From assembly GCA_010093605.1 (NCBI GenBank), contig MU004183.1, positions 2,480,001 to 2,544,000 of the forward strand: a DNA stretch of 64,000 bases, given 5' to 3'. A program made the translations under genes and the position numbers. Shown in pieces: positions 26,536 to 38,821 of the stretch (positions within the stretch are counted from its first letter, which is position 1; each line of letters opens with the position of its first letter). The notes beneath the pieces were generated by a model, which worked only from the letters and a program-made list of their open reading frames with translations, had not been told where the DNA came from and searched no databases. Source of the stretch: Lophium mytilinum (lineage: Eukaryota).

Positions 26536-29256
26536 ATGCCCGATTCACTGCTCTCGCCTACTCACACGGGCCTATCATCACCCTCTCCAGGACCAGACAG
26601 GAGAAGCGGTCTGCCACCTCGCATTCGCCGCCGGAATCGGGTCATCTCGTCGTGTCTCGAATGCCGTCGCCGCAAGTTAAAGTGTGACAAACTGCAGCCA
26701 TGCACCAACTGTACCAAATTCGCCCGAGACTGCGTCTTTCTCGCCCCAGCTTTGGACCCCGTAGGGCAGGCCAAATTGGCCGAAGTCAAGGAGAAGATGG
26801 GCTTGCTAGAGCGGACCCTGGAGCAAGATGTTGCAAAAAGTAAAAGCGAAGCGCGTGACGAGAGCTCGCCCTCCTCACAGCTGCCAGGCCAAGATGTGGT
26901 GGACAGTGAAGAAGACAGCGCTCCCGAGGACGAGAAAGACCTGAAACCTAACTATTACATCACTGAGGATGCAGCCTACGATGATGCCGACGATGATCTG
27001 GTCGATCTGGGCATTCAGCTGGGGAAGATGCGTATTACAGACCGCATTGGAGGCTATGTTCGACCACGCTTTGCTGAGGAGATCGTCCAAGCCTTGAAAG
27101 AAGTGCCCCCTCCTCAGCCCGGGAACCGATATCCCACGCGGACTCCAACCTCATTTCTAGGCCCCGGGCCTGACTATGTCGCCCCAGCGTCCAGCTTCTT
27201 CTTTGCACCGGAACCTCGGAGAATGTCGTTAATGTCATTTCTTCCTGCAAGAAGCACGGCGGACAGGCTGCTCACTCAGTACTGGAATGCCGTGCACGTT
27301 CTTGCAAAGTGCTTGCATCGTCCTAGCTTCGAGAGGCAGTATGCTACGTTCTGGAGTGACATAGCAAGAGGCGTGGAACCAACAGCCTCCTTTCAAGCTG
27401 TTGTGCTCGCAATGCTTATGTCTGCTGCAATCAGCTTACCAGATGAAGCTGTGCTCAACGAATATGCCGTTGCAAAGGCTGACCTGGTCGAGAACTTCCG
27501 TCAGGGCTGTGAAACGAGCCTCTCTCGCGCCAATTTCCTCCGAACCTCCAAGCTGGAGACTTTACAGGCTTTCGTCATGTATTTAGTGAGGACTTCTTAT
27601 TAGCAGCGTCTGGGGCGTCTTGATTGGCTAACGGAACTACTCAGATACCGCTTTGTCGAGGCGAGATTTCGCGTGCCCATTCAGCTCTCACTGGCACTAT
27701 CATACGATTGGCGGAATGTATGTCTCTACACAGAGATCCCTCAAATTATGATGTATCGGCAGTCGAAATGCAAGTCCGTCGGACACTATGGTATCAAGTA
27801 TGCTTTCTGGACATGCGGACGTGTGAGGCTACTGGCCCTAGACCTCAGGTATAAATCCTTATATTGAAAGACATTAACGTATATTAAAATAATTAGATCC
27901 GGAGGGAAGACTTCGACACTAAGTGGCCTTTGAACGCCGATGATGCCGATCTGGAGTTGCCCAACCCACCAACGGAGGACGCAAACCGGTTCACTGACAT
28001 GACCATTACGCGTATACGCTTCGAAAGCAACGAAATGAACCGTCTAATCTGGATCGAACGGCCTAGGATAGAGCGTAAAAAAAGTACCATCACGTTGCTT
28101 CTTAGTAAAATCCAGAGCTTCGGGAAAGCAATGGAGACGAAGTACCTCCCAATCCTAGACTCCCGGGTCCCACTGCAATACATGGCGATGCAGATCTACG
28201 GCATCCTCTTCAACCGCATGCACGTCCAGATCCTCAGCAAATACGCCTCCAACCAAGACCGCCTGATGCCGGAGCGACTGCGCCAAATCATGATGGGCTC
28301 CAGCATCGTCATCATTGAGCACGCCATGGCCATCGAGACCATCCCCCATGTACGCCTCTGGGCCTGGTACGCGGGTGCATTCCAGCAGTACCACTCCGCC
28401 ATCCTCCTGCTCTCCGAGTACTACGCGAAACCCCGCGACGACTTCGCCCTCGATGCCCGCGTCTGGCGCGCGCTGGATTTCGCCTTCGAGCTACCTGCGG
28501 ACCTCGACGGCGGCGAGAAATCCCGCATGATCCTCCATGAACTCCATAACCGCCTCGAGACCTACCAGTCCCACCGCCGCATCCGCCCGCCGAAGAGCAT
28601 GGCTGAGGCCCCGGGCCCGCGCATCCACGCGCATGAGTTCAAAAGACAAGAAGCGAGACGGTCGAAAGAGAGAGGGGAGAGTCTGACGCCTGCTCTTGAC
28701 TTTAATGGCCCTGGCGGCATCTTGCCTAGTACCGAGCCGCTCGATTACAGCTTCACGTACCCCCGCATGCCGGATGGTGTTATGCGCGAGCCGACTTACA
28801 GTTTGCCGGGCATGATGAGCCCGATGCACGGGAGTGATTCGTCGCCCTCTATGAGCAACGCGGCGAATCGTAACGTCGGGGGCTCGGGGAGCAATAATAA
28901 TAACAGTCCCGGGAATCCGGATAATATGCTAGATATCGATTGGGTGCGTGCTCCTTTCCCATCATTCTCACCTTTCATTTACTCTGGTCTGTGTCGGATG
29001 GAGTTCGAGACTGGTGTTGTGTAGGTTTGAAGTTTGATATTAGTGCTGACGAATCTTTTTTATACAGAATGAATGGGAGCGCCTTTTCCCAAGCGACATG
29101 AACGCCGGCGGCAACTCAGGCGACATCATGATTCCGCCCTTCAGCTTTCCGCATTTCAGCCCGAGCGAGTTAGAGGAGGGATGGGCGGCGGGCATGGGGA
29201 AGGATCCGCTGGTGGAGTGGGCGGGCATTGGCGAGCAAGGGGAGAGTCAGGGCTAG
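26536..29256 (+). CDS. Zn(II)2Cys6 transcription factor with fungal-specific TF middle domain
   Basis: CLECRRRKLKCDKLQPCTNCTKFARDC; LHRDP..RRTLWYQVCFLD. Introns 27586..27644, 27849..27896, 28944..29067; last exon NEWERLFP...ESQG*. Confidence 0.93.
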
Positions 29257-29498
29257 GGGGAGGAGGAAAGAAGCGATGAAGACTGGGCTGCTGGGCTTGA
29301 TGCGTTACGACTTGATCAGGAGGAATGATGAGATGGATGGTTGGGATTAGAGGTATGGGGTGGTATTGTTACTTGATTTACGGATCGCTAGAAAAGGAGC
29401 TGGCCGCCTTATCTTTATTGTACATGGTATTTCGAATACTTCGATTAAGTTTTCCAGACCGTACCTTGGGTTTTCGAAGTTTGGGGAAGGGGATGGTA

Positions 29499-30981
29499 TC
29501 ATATGTATTTGCCCTCCGGATCTACTTTGTCGAACAATTCCATCGACTTCTCGTACCTGCATTGGTGTTAGCATGTGGAAGGACTGCCGAAATGGGAGAA
29601 ACTTGCATCGTGAACACGATTCCGCCACTCAAGATTAGTCTCCCTAACCTAGGCACCGCACCAGACCAGAACGTCAGCAAACCCTCCCCTCTGAAGATCT
29701 TGGCGGCGCAGTTGAAGCTGTTCTTGTACAGCGACCGCGCTTCTATCGATTGCATACTGCTCACAGTCAGTCTCATCACTCTCCGCAACCCACCATGACC
29801 AGAGTTCAGGACATCTTACCGCGTCTTAACAGTATCGAGCGGCATAGTGGCATACACCGTGATCACGCCCGCCATACCACCAATCCCAAAGGTGCTTATT
29901 ACACCCAGCTTCTCTCCTGGCTGGACATAGGATTGCGCGAGTTGCTTCAGAGCTGTGTAGCTGGAGAAGCGCACCGCGGAGTTTGCTGCCTGCCGCGCTG
30001 TGGTGGGTAGGAAGCCTTGGAAGAAGCCGCGGATGCCTTTTTCTTGTGCAATTATCTTCGTGCCGTGGAGGAAGCCGCGCATGCGGGGTTTTGCGGCTTT
30101 GCGGTCGTCGATTCTAAGGGGCATTGGGAGGTTAGCATGATGTGTTCGCGAAGAAGCACAGCACCAGGCATTGAATCTTTGCGCCACTGCTTAGAAGCCC
30201 TCGACGGATCTCAGAAGCCCAGGCGCGCAGGCGTTCAAGTAGAGTTCCAGGAGCTCATAATCCATCACTGCCCCTCAGACAGTGGTACGTAGCAGACGAG
30301 AGCGCATTCGAGAAATGCCGATTTGAAAGCAAGATCCATGACCCAGTGAAGAACCAGACGTGGGTGAAACTCACAGTTGCGTCTTTATACTCTCGAAAGG
30401 CGTCACGGCGAGCAGTGACTCGGTAACTCCGGCGCCAAATCCTGCTATTACGTTCGCGGGCCCGGAGACCTTGCCATCAGCGTCTGCCAGTAGCGCCTTG
30501 TACGTGTCGAAAGCGACGAAGCCTGTGAATGCAGGTTAGCCTTGTCTGCCAACTTCGAAGGGGGAGCGTCGCGCACGTATTCCAGCTTTCAGCGAGTTCC
30601 CGATTATCAGCGTGGTGCAGCCTGCGTACCACTGTTTGCCGAACGGGGGCCACGGGAGCTTCTTGCTGTTCGGTAGACGTTGGTTCAGTTGTGTCCGAGT
30701 CTTTGCGACTACGTGGTAGGTTAGGGGAGTTCTTGAGGTGGATGCGGAGGAGAGTTTGGGAGAAACTAGGTACATTCGGCGGGGTATGTGATTGCTAGAG
30801 GAGAGTCAGAGAGGTTTCTTTGACGGTTTGGTGCATTCATCTTACATATTTCTACGGCTCCCGCTGTTGCGCCGGCGATAATGGACCGCATCATGCTGGG
30901 CTGTTGGAATTGTCAGAAGATTTTGGCGACAGGCTTCGGGCATGATACCTTTTTTTTCTTCTCCCCAGTGGTAGTAGCCAT
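29499..30981 (-). CDS. CTP1: Mitochondrial citrate/tricarboxylate carrier
   Basis: PSMMRSIIAGATAGAVEI, TPFESIKTQLIDDRK, TTARQAANSAVRFSSY, TMPLDTVKTRMQS, FWSGAVPRLGRLILSGGIVFTMYEK: three mitochondrial-carrier repeats with CTP-type residues. Multi-intron; the last intron is GC-AG. Confidence 0.92.
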
Positions 30982-31389
30982 CTTGGCGGAGGCCTCAGGC
31001 AATGATTGAAGGTGTGATACGTAGCAGAACGTGTTCAATGTCTTATGAAGCTATCCAAAGGGATCGTGGGGTACGTTGTCGAGAGAATAAATCGCGATGA
31101 CGCATCCGAGGTATATAGACTAAGTCGGTATTCCGAGATTTTTATTATTGGAGTTTGATTTTGGACTGCTTGGTCGATTCTCTCAGAGTGTATAAGTGCA
31201 CTCAATTGATGTTTATGGCTTGGAGGAACGATAGATGTCGTAGAAATGGAGTTGTGACGACAGGCACGTGTTACGGCTTGGCACTGGGAAAAGCTTCGGC
31301 GCTCAGATCATTGTTAACTTTCCCTTCATCAACATCCACACATCCCAGCATCCTCCTTCCACTGTCTCATCTGTGCCCATATACCCAGC

Positions 31390-32571
31390 ATGCTTTCTCT
31401 ACGGAATCTCGCCCGCTCGGCGCCGCGATCAGTGGCCCGCCTGTCTACCAAGACTGCCCGCCCACAATTCTCCCTCCTCCGCACAACCTCCGTCTGCCAA
31501 CCATCGTGGACACAAAGTGCCTCGAGACTCGGAGCCTCATTCCACACATCCTCAATAAGGAGACAGGAAATTGGTATGCTACACAGTCTCGCGAATTCCT
31601 ATCACTGCTAACAGTATATCAGACAACGCCGAACTCGTCGCGAAGCTGCAGTCCGAAATTTCGATCGAGGAGGAGACACGAACTGATGAGCAGTACTCTG
31701 GCAATGTCATCAATGACTATCTCGAGAATAGCCCATTCACCGTATGCCCATCCTAAGCCACTGTAATATGAATGGAAGACTTACTATCGAAACAGCTCGA
31801 AGAGACCCCGGGACAAGAGGAAGTTGTTCTTACCCGGCAGATGGGGGATGAGACGTGCGCCACCTTTATCAGATAACTTAGGGTTACTCTAACATAACGT
31901 AGCATCCGCGTTGCTTTCACTACTGCCGACCTTACCAACGGGAACCAAGAGCAAGAGAGGGACGACCAGGCCCTGTACGACGAGGAAGAGGGCGTTGAGG
32001 ATATCATCGGACAGCAGTCAGGAGGGGCCAACAGCAAGGGTGCTTCGAACCAGGGCCGAACCGCCGACGGAAATGTGAAGGTTGCCCCGGAGGACAGCGT
32101 TTCTCCGGCAGACCGACCTGAGCTGGACGATGAGGTGATCGATGAGGATGAGCCTCGCGACCAGAGCTTCGCTGCCCGTGCGAACATCCGTATCGAACGC
32201 CCAGGAAAGGGTGCGCTCGCCATCGAGGCTGTTGCCCAGGATGGCGACTTTGTGATTGAGAACATCTTCTACTTCCCTGAAGCCGATCTGGCCGACCCAC
32301 AGACCGCGGAGAAGGACTGGGAAAGGCGCAACCTGTATACCGGCCCTCCATTTGGCAACCTTGATGAGGACCTACAGATTCTGCTCGAGAAATATCTCGA
32401 GGAGCGCGGCATCAACACTCGCATGGCTCTGTTCATCCCCGACTACATAGACTTCAAGGAGCAAAAGGAGTATCTCAGGTGGTTGGGAAGTAAGTCAAAT
32501 CCTGTCGTAGCGGCCACTCGCTGCGAGATGCTAACACTTTTGCAGATGTCAAGAACTTCGTCGATGCGTAG
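31390..32571 (+). CDS. MAM33: Mitochondrial acidic matrix protein (MAM33/p32 family)
   Basis: R/S-rich presequence; LVAKLQSEISIE; YTGPPFGNLDEDLQILLEKYLEERGIN..KEQKEYLRWL; four introns; ends NVKNFVDA*. Confidence 0.93.
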
Positions 32572-33023
32572 ATGCAAGCCGAAATTCGTAGTATGGAGCA
32601 ATTCTCCTTCTCTGTATTATTTGTAACTACTCCGGATGTTTCTCCCGAAACTTGACTTCTGGGGCGTAATGCGTCCGTGTACACCAGTGGCGAGATGGGT
32701 TGGCTCGAGGGGCGTGTTTCGTTTTTGCTCGCAGTCTTGAAGAGGCGAGAGTGTGGTGACCATGAACATACCATACTCTCTCCAAAACACTCGCAAAAGC
32801 GTAATTCCACTCTTCTCATCTTACTTCCCTAACAGCCTGTGAACACCCCTGCCGTCGTCACAGCAGTGACAGTCCGACCGTGACGTTTGCCGGTTGTCCT
32901 ACCATCCTATACGCAATAGCCTGTCTATCTCTTCGTATCAGCCTTCGTCGCAATGCAATGACCCTGGTAGTGTGCTGAGCGCATTGGGCTCTATCATTGA
33001 CCAGAATGGGGCCACATTGCTGC

Positions 33024-33616
33024 TCAAGATTGACCTTTGGGTGGATAGCTGGACTCGTGCCTAGTGCCACTTTTCTCCATTCTGACAAACTTCATCGTGT
33101 TCAACCCCACCCACTGCCCCTCCCAATCCTTCAGAAGCTTGACATTGGCGGCGTCCTCTAGGTCTGGCATCCAGAATCCCGAGTCGTACTCGCGCATCTC
33201 CAGCTTCTGCCTCTCCTTTAATTGCCCCTCTCTGTTGCTTGCTGGGCGTCCTGGGCGGCGCTCAGCCTGTATGGTCGCTAGTTCGTCGTCATCTCGGCGC
33301 AAGAATTTCTCGATGATAGCGTGTATCTCTGTGTGTGAAAGGGTTGTTTTTTCGCCAACTTCAGTTTTGATGAGGTTTACTCTGTCCACTGGAACTCCTG
33401 GTTAGTATCGTTCGTGAGATAGGAAATTGCTCCAGAATACGCACCATATGGCCGATTCTGCTTGTTTCTCAAGGAAGTGAGTCTGATAATCTTGTCGTCG
33501 CGGGCACTCGCACGCTGCAGTCGCTGGGTGTCGCGACTATGCTCGTGGAGCACGGTATTGCGACCCTTCTTCTTCGCAATCTGCTTCTGCACCTTTTGAA
33601 GGCCCTTTCCAGGCAT
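33024..33616 (-). CDS. TMA16: Translation machinery-associated protein 16
   Basis: MPGKGLQKVQKQIAKKKG..LHEHSRDTQRLQRASARDDK; ERRPGRPASNRE; EYDSGFWMPDL; one intron at about 33442..33393. Confidence 0.85.
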
Positions 33617-33931
33617 TGTGGCTGTGAGAAGGTGTCGAGTCTAGTGAATGTTCCTCTCAGAAAAAAGTTGGCGGGGGAAATTTGAGAAATGCGACCGAGC
33701 GCAAGGCTGGCGGCTTCGGGCTTGGCGGCGGCCGGGGATCGCGTCGAGCGCGTCGAGCCAGGCATCTCTAACTTCCTCCGCCTGTTGCACCAAGTTTCTT
33801 CAACACTGCTCTTCTTTTTCTTTTCCCTTTTGCTTTCATACACCTTGCTGCAACTCTTTCTGCGCCATGAAGCTGTAGTATCTAGATTGCACCTGTGTTT
33901 GAGGCGTTTCACCACCCGTTAAGCAGCCAAC

Positions 33932-36358
33932 ATGGGCATTTCCGGTACGTTTATTCCCCAAAGCGTAGGGTTTCGCTGACAATTCCTAGGCCTCCTCCCC
34001 CTCCTCAAATCAATCCACAAACCTTGTAACCTCAAGAAGTTCTCGGGCCAGACCATCGGAGTGGATGCCTATGGATGGCTTCACAGAGGGACCGTTGCTT
34101 GCGCAGTAGATCTAGCGCTCGGCAAACCTACAACCAAGTAGGCATACACACGAACACGTCTCGGCCTGACCATATACTGACCTTCTACCAGATATGTCGA
34201 GTTTGCCATGAGCCGCGTGCGAATGCTGGTCCATTTTGGCATCATCCCATACATCGTCTTCGACGGGGATTACCTCCCAAGCAAGTCAGGAACCGAGAAA
34301 GAGCGCGCAGCCCGGCGAAAGGAGAGCAAACGAACCGGCTTGGAACTTCTCAAACTAGGCAAAACATCCCAAGCACATCTGGAGCTGCAGAAGGCCGTCG
34401 ATGTTACACCGGAAATGGCGCGTATGTTCATTGAGGAACTGAAGCGCCATAACATTCAATATGTTGTCGCACCCTACGAAGCCGACTCCCAACTCGTCTA
34501 CCTAGAACGGAAAGGTCTTATCCAAGGGATTCTGTCTGAGGACTCCGACTTGCTAGTGTTCGGTGCTAAGTGCTTGTTGACGAAACTGGACCAGTATGGG
34601 GACTGTATTATGATCAACCGTAACGACTTTACCGCATGTAGAGAAGTCAGTTTTGTTGGCTGGACGGATAAAGAGTTCAGGTGTATGGCAATCCTCAGTG
34701 GTTGTGACTATCTTACCAATATCGACAAGATGGGGTTGAAAACGGCATATCGGCTTCTCCGCAAGTACAAGACCATCGATCGTCTTATTCGCGCTATCCA
34801 GTTCGATGGTAAATTCAAGGTTCCAGCAGGCTATTTGGACTCGTTCACCCAAGCAGAGAACACTTTCTTGTATCAATGGGTGTTCTGCCCTCTTCTGAAA
34901 CAGGTCGTAAACTTCATGGATCCCGAGCCAGGCGTCCAGATTGAAGAATTACCCTATATCGGACGGCATGTACCAGACAACCTTGCTCGTGGAGTTTCCT
35001 CAGGCGACCTCAACCCTCATACCAAAAAGCCAATCGTCGTAGAGACTGGTGCGCGGACACCGTTCACACCCCTTGTTCCATCTTCCAGAAAGCAGAGCAC
35101 AGCGCAAACCCCGGACCTCAAAGGTTCCAAACCGATTGACACGTTCTTCAGACCAAAACGAACTCCACTTGCGGAACTGGACATCAACCTTTTCACACCA
35201 TCTCCAAGCCAGCAGAGGTTGATGCAGCGGCCTTCAAGACCGTGGTCCGCTTCAGCTGCACCATCGCAGCCTCTCCGAGCAGCCTCATTCCCCTCCACAG
35301 CGCCACAACCATCTCGAAGGACGATCTCAGAATCTTGGACTGGAGGAGCGTCTGCGCCGCGCACCTCGAAACGCCAGAGGTTGTGTGATGATTCCACGCC
35401 AGGTGAACCTTCTACTCGGATTGAGTCTGGACGGAGTAGATTCTTTGCTTCTGCCGATCCTAGTCCCTCTGTCAGGCCGGCATTGGGAAAGACGAAAGGC
35501 AAGCAAGCAGGTATCGAGCCGTGGTCTGATGATTCGATAGAGGATGCAATGGCGGAGCTTCCTGGTTTCGATGACTTCCAACCGAAAACAAAGAAAAAGG
35601 TGCCAATCTTCACGGACGACTCACAAACTTCTGGCGGTGGGACTTCGCAATCTACTACAGCTGCTAGAATTACGGGGATAGAGTCACAGGAGACTGCTGG
35701 CGGTATTACTCCTGCGACTTCTTGTGGGAGCCCAGCTGCAGTTGATGATCTGGAGGAGGATTTGTCCTCTTCTAGCGCGCATATTTCCGCAGAAATGCAG
35801 GAACTGAAGTCTAAGTTTTCGTACCAAAAGCCATCCGATAGCACTGTTCCACGCGTCTCGAAAATTCCTAGACCGAGGTCCTCGCCGAGGAAAAGTGCTA
35901 CTCGAACTCTCTCGGCCCCAATCTCACGCTCAGCGGTACAATCCGCTAAACCGAGTCCTCATTTACGGAAAAGGTCTGGACATTCTTCCGCCAAGACCAA
36001 AACCGGGGCTGCTATCCCTCTTCTACAACCATCGAAATCGGATAAACCAGTAGTGGCGGAGCGTGTCATTGATTCCATTGCCAAATCTTGCACATCAGAG
36101 GAGGCCGAGGACGATTCGCTGCCGGAATTAGAGGACTCTGCGTGGTCTACCATGGAAGCAGAAATCGTAGTCCCCAGGAGCGATCCTATCACCAACGATG
36201 ATTCTCTAGCCACTGGGACCGCGCGCTTGACCGAGTCAGCACATTTGAAAGGCAGTGAAGATTACATCGTTCCTGACAGCGAGGCAGATGAGAGCGATGG
36301 TTCACCACTCCGAAAACCTTTTCTGAATCTCAGCAGATTTGCTTTCACGGCGAAGTGA
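33932..36358 (+). CDS. EXO1: Exonuclease 1 (XPG/RAD2 family)
   Basis: MGISGLLPLLKSI..GVDAYGWLHRG (two short introns), VFDG, APYEADSQL, SEDSDLLVFG, ILSGCDYL; long disordered C-terminus. Confidence 0.96.
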
Positions 36359-37289
36359 TCCAGGTCTGGGTTCTTTCATACCTGTTTAATCCACGAAGCG
36401 GACTCATGATCCACCGGCGTTTGGGGTATGTTTACATTTTGATATTTTGGGCTGGGAAATGGCCTCGGGGTGATTAAGGTGGTCTTGTCTTAGCAACACG
36501 GCGCGAAGGAGGTAATTCCTAATCGATGATCCCTAGTGCGTCATAATTCTGCATTGTTAGCTGCTTATACCCATGTGGACTATAACGGCCACTATCAATT
36601 TTATATTATGCTCTTTCGTTCTACGGCTTGTGATCACTTCTTCGTGTGTCAATTATCTCTTGTGCTTGACTCAAATAACGTTTTATTTTCTAATCCACAG
36701 AGCACTCATCTCAGTTCAGAAGAATGAAGTCGACGAAGATAAGCGAGGGTTACGCAATCTTTGGTGCACATTCCGCGCCTGCATGCCCACTGTTGTCAAA
36801 ACATCGAGCCTCACAACATCCGGGGCGCGTATTGACCCCTGAAAACCTGTCAGGTAGCCAACACAAAGAGACCAACCATGCACACTAAAATGGCCAACAA
36901 AGATACCTCGAACATTGCATCAGCTGACGAACATCAAGTTTGCCTCTCAAAGAGACCATTCCAGATCAAAGAGACATACCCTTCCTTTCTTCCTTACCAA
37001 CCGCCGCTACCGAAATTCGATTCTGTTCTTTGTCCGCAAATTGCGCACCTTTCGTTCCGCATGCGGCCAACATGCAACCCCCCCACCCTATTTAACGCGC
37101 AATAGCCTTGTTTCCGGCCGCCCCCCTTTTCCAGTTTTTCAATCATCTGCAAGATTTCTGAACTGGGTATAAGCAAACACTCAAATTCGACTTTACAGCA
37201 ATCTCCGGCCCTGTAACTCAATTACTTCAACATCACGCACCCTCCAAGCAGAATCCCCCGCCACCAACCCCCCTAAAACAACCCAAAAA

Positions 37290-38291
37290 ATGGCTCCCAG
37301 GAAACCAACCAAAAAACCCGCGGCGAAGAAGAAAGCCTCAAGCTCCCGCTCCCCCCGGCCCAGATACCCAAAACACACGCCCCAACTCACTGTCCCCGGC
37401 GGGCCCCCCCGGCGGCGTCCCGCACACCACAGCGACGGCATCCGCAGAAGCAAGATCGTGAGCGGCGCGCGCGAGCGCAAAAAACCGAAGCGGTTCGGCG
37501 CGCCGCCCTCGCCGGATTCGCCGCCGCCTTCTCCACCACCTCCGGCCCCGGCTCCAAAGAAGGTGCCCGCGAAGCCGAAACCGAGGGCGAGAAAGGCGAA
37601 AGTGACAGCCCCCGCGACTGCGACTGGCCGCGTTACGAAGACTGCTGCTCCTGCTCGTAGCGGGCGCGGTCTCACGCCTGCTGAGAAGGCTGCGGAGACG
37701 AAGCGGAGGAACGCCCAGGCGGCAGAGGAGGCAAGGCAGCGGGAGGAGGATAGAAAGGTCGCCGATGCTGAGGCCTTGGTGACCGGGCGTGCAGCACGCG
37801 CAGCGCGCCGGGGCGAGAGGTTCGAGGGGGTGGTTGAGCCGGCGCCGCGAGCGCCGCCGGCGGCGCCGAGGGCGAGGGGGGCGCCGGCTGCGGCGAAGGG
37901 GAAGGGGAAGGCGGAGGGGAAGGTGACGAAGACGAAGACGAAGGCGGAAACGAAGAAGAAGGCGCCGGCGAAAGGGAAGACGAAGACGAAAACGAAGGCG
38001 GCAGCGAAGAAGAAGGCGCCGGCGAAGGGGAAGGCGAAAGGGAAGGCGAAGGGCGTAGCAACGACGACGGCGACGAAGACGGCGGACGCACTAGTGAGTC
38101 ATGAGAGCGAGAGTGAGGATGAGAATGAGAGCGAGGAGGAGATAGTAGGGGGCCTGCTGTCGCCGAGCTCGCTAGTCCCGGCTAGGGGAGTGCCGCAGAG
38201 GTCGAATCCGCCGAGTAGGGTGAGGTCTGTTCCGAGTAACACGGGGAGGAGGCGGGGGACTAGGGAGGATATAAGGGCGGCGACGAATTGA
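37290..38291 (+). CDS. Highly basic K/R/A/P-rich low-complexity protein (histone-H1-tail-like composition)
   Basis: Intronless 333-aa ORF with AAAAATGG start context; KKKAPAKGK twice, TKTK runs, one acidic patch; no globular domain recognised. Confidence 0.7.
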   Translation: MAPRKPTKKPAAKKKASSSRSPRPRYPKHTPQLTVPGGPPRRRPAHHSDGIRRSKIVSGARERKKPKRFGAPPSPDSPPPSPPPPAPAPKKVPAKPKPRARKAKVTAPATATGRVTKTAAPARSGRGLTPAEKAAETKRRNAQAAEEARQREEDRKVADAEALVTGRAARAARRGERFEGVVEPAPRAPPAAPRARGAPAAAKGKGKAEGKVTKTKTKAETKKKAPAKGKTKTKTKAAAKKKAPAKGKAKGKAKGVATTTATKTADALVSHESESEDENESEEEIVGGLLSPSSLVPARGVPQRSNPPSRVRSVPSNTGRRRGTREDIRAATN

Positions 38292-38821
38292 GGGGCTCTA
38301 GGATTTGTATATCAAGATTTCGAGTTCCGATTTTCGGCTGTAGTTGTGTTGCTTACTGGTCTAGATGTGGTGTGTCGCAATACTGCTCGTAGATGTATCA
38401 AGTCTGATTCCAATATGTATATGATGTTGAGTGGTCGTCGAAGGTCACGTACAGGCTTTTCCCCTTAGCCAATGCCAAGGCCCGGACCTCGATAAATAAT
38501 ACTTCGGCTATGTACTAATATCTGTTAAAGGATCTCAAGAAATGATGAGCGAGTATGCACAGAGCTCATAGGGCATAATGGGACTAGGAAGACCGTTGAT
38601 TTGACCTAGGATATCGAACGATCCTCCCTTTCGCCCCAACACTGAATCCTACTAACCACATTTTAAATCGACAAAAACCAAAAAAAACCGTCTGAAATAA
38701 AGCACCGAAAGAGCGAATAGAAAAGAAACCTTCATATTGTCACCTTGCCCTTCTCCGTTCTCTCCCCTCATCCCTTTCCCTTCCCACCAACCCCTCCCAC
38801 CAAACTCCACAGTATAGTCCT

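Noticed and set aside
35017..35844. Long antisense ORFs (here, and 58802..59449, 56324..56905, 41904..42437)
   Set aside because: Shadows of real genes on the opposite strand, caused by codon bias.
37672..38091. Ser/Pro-rich extensin-like ORF on the minus strand
   Set aside because: Antisense reading of the Lys/Ala repeats of the plus-strand basic protein; non-ATG start.
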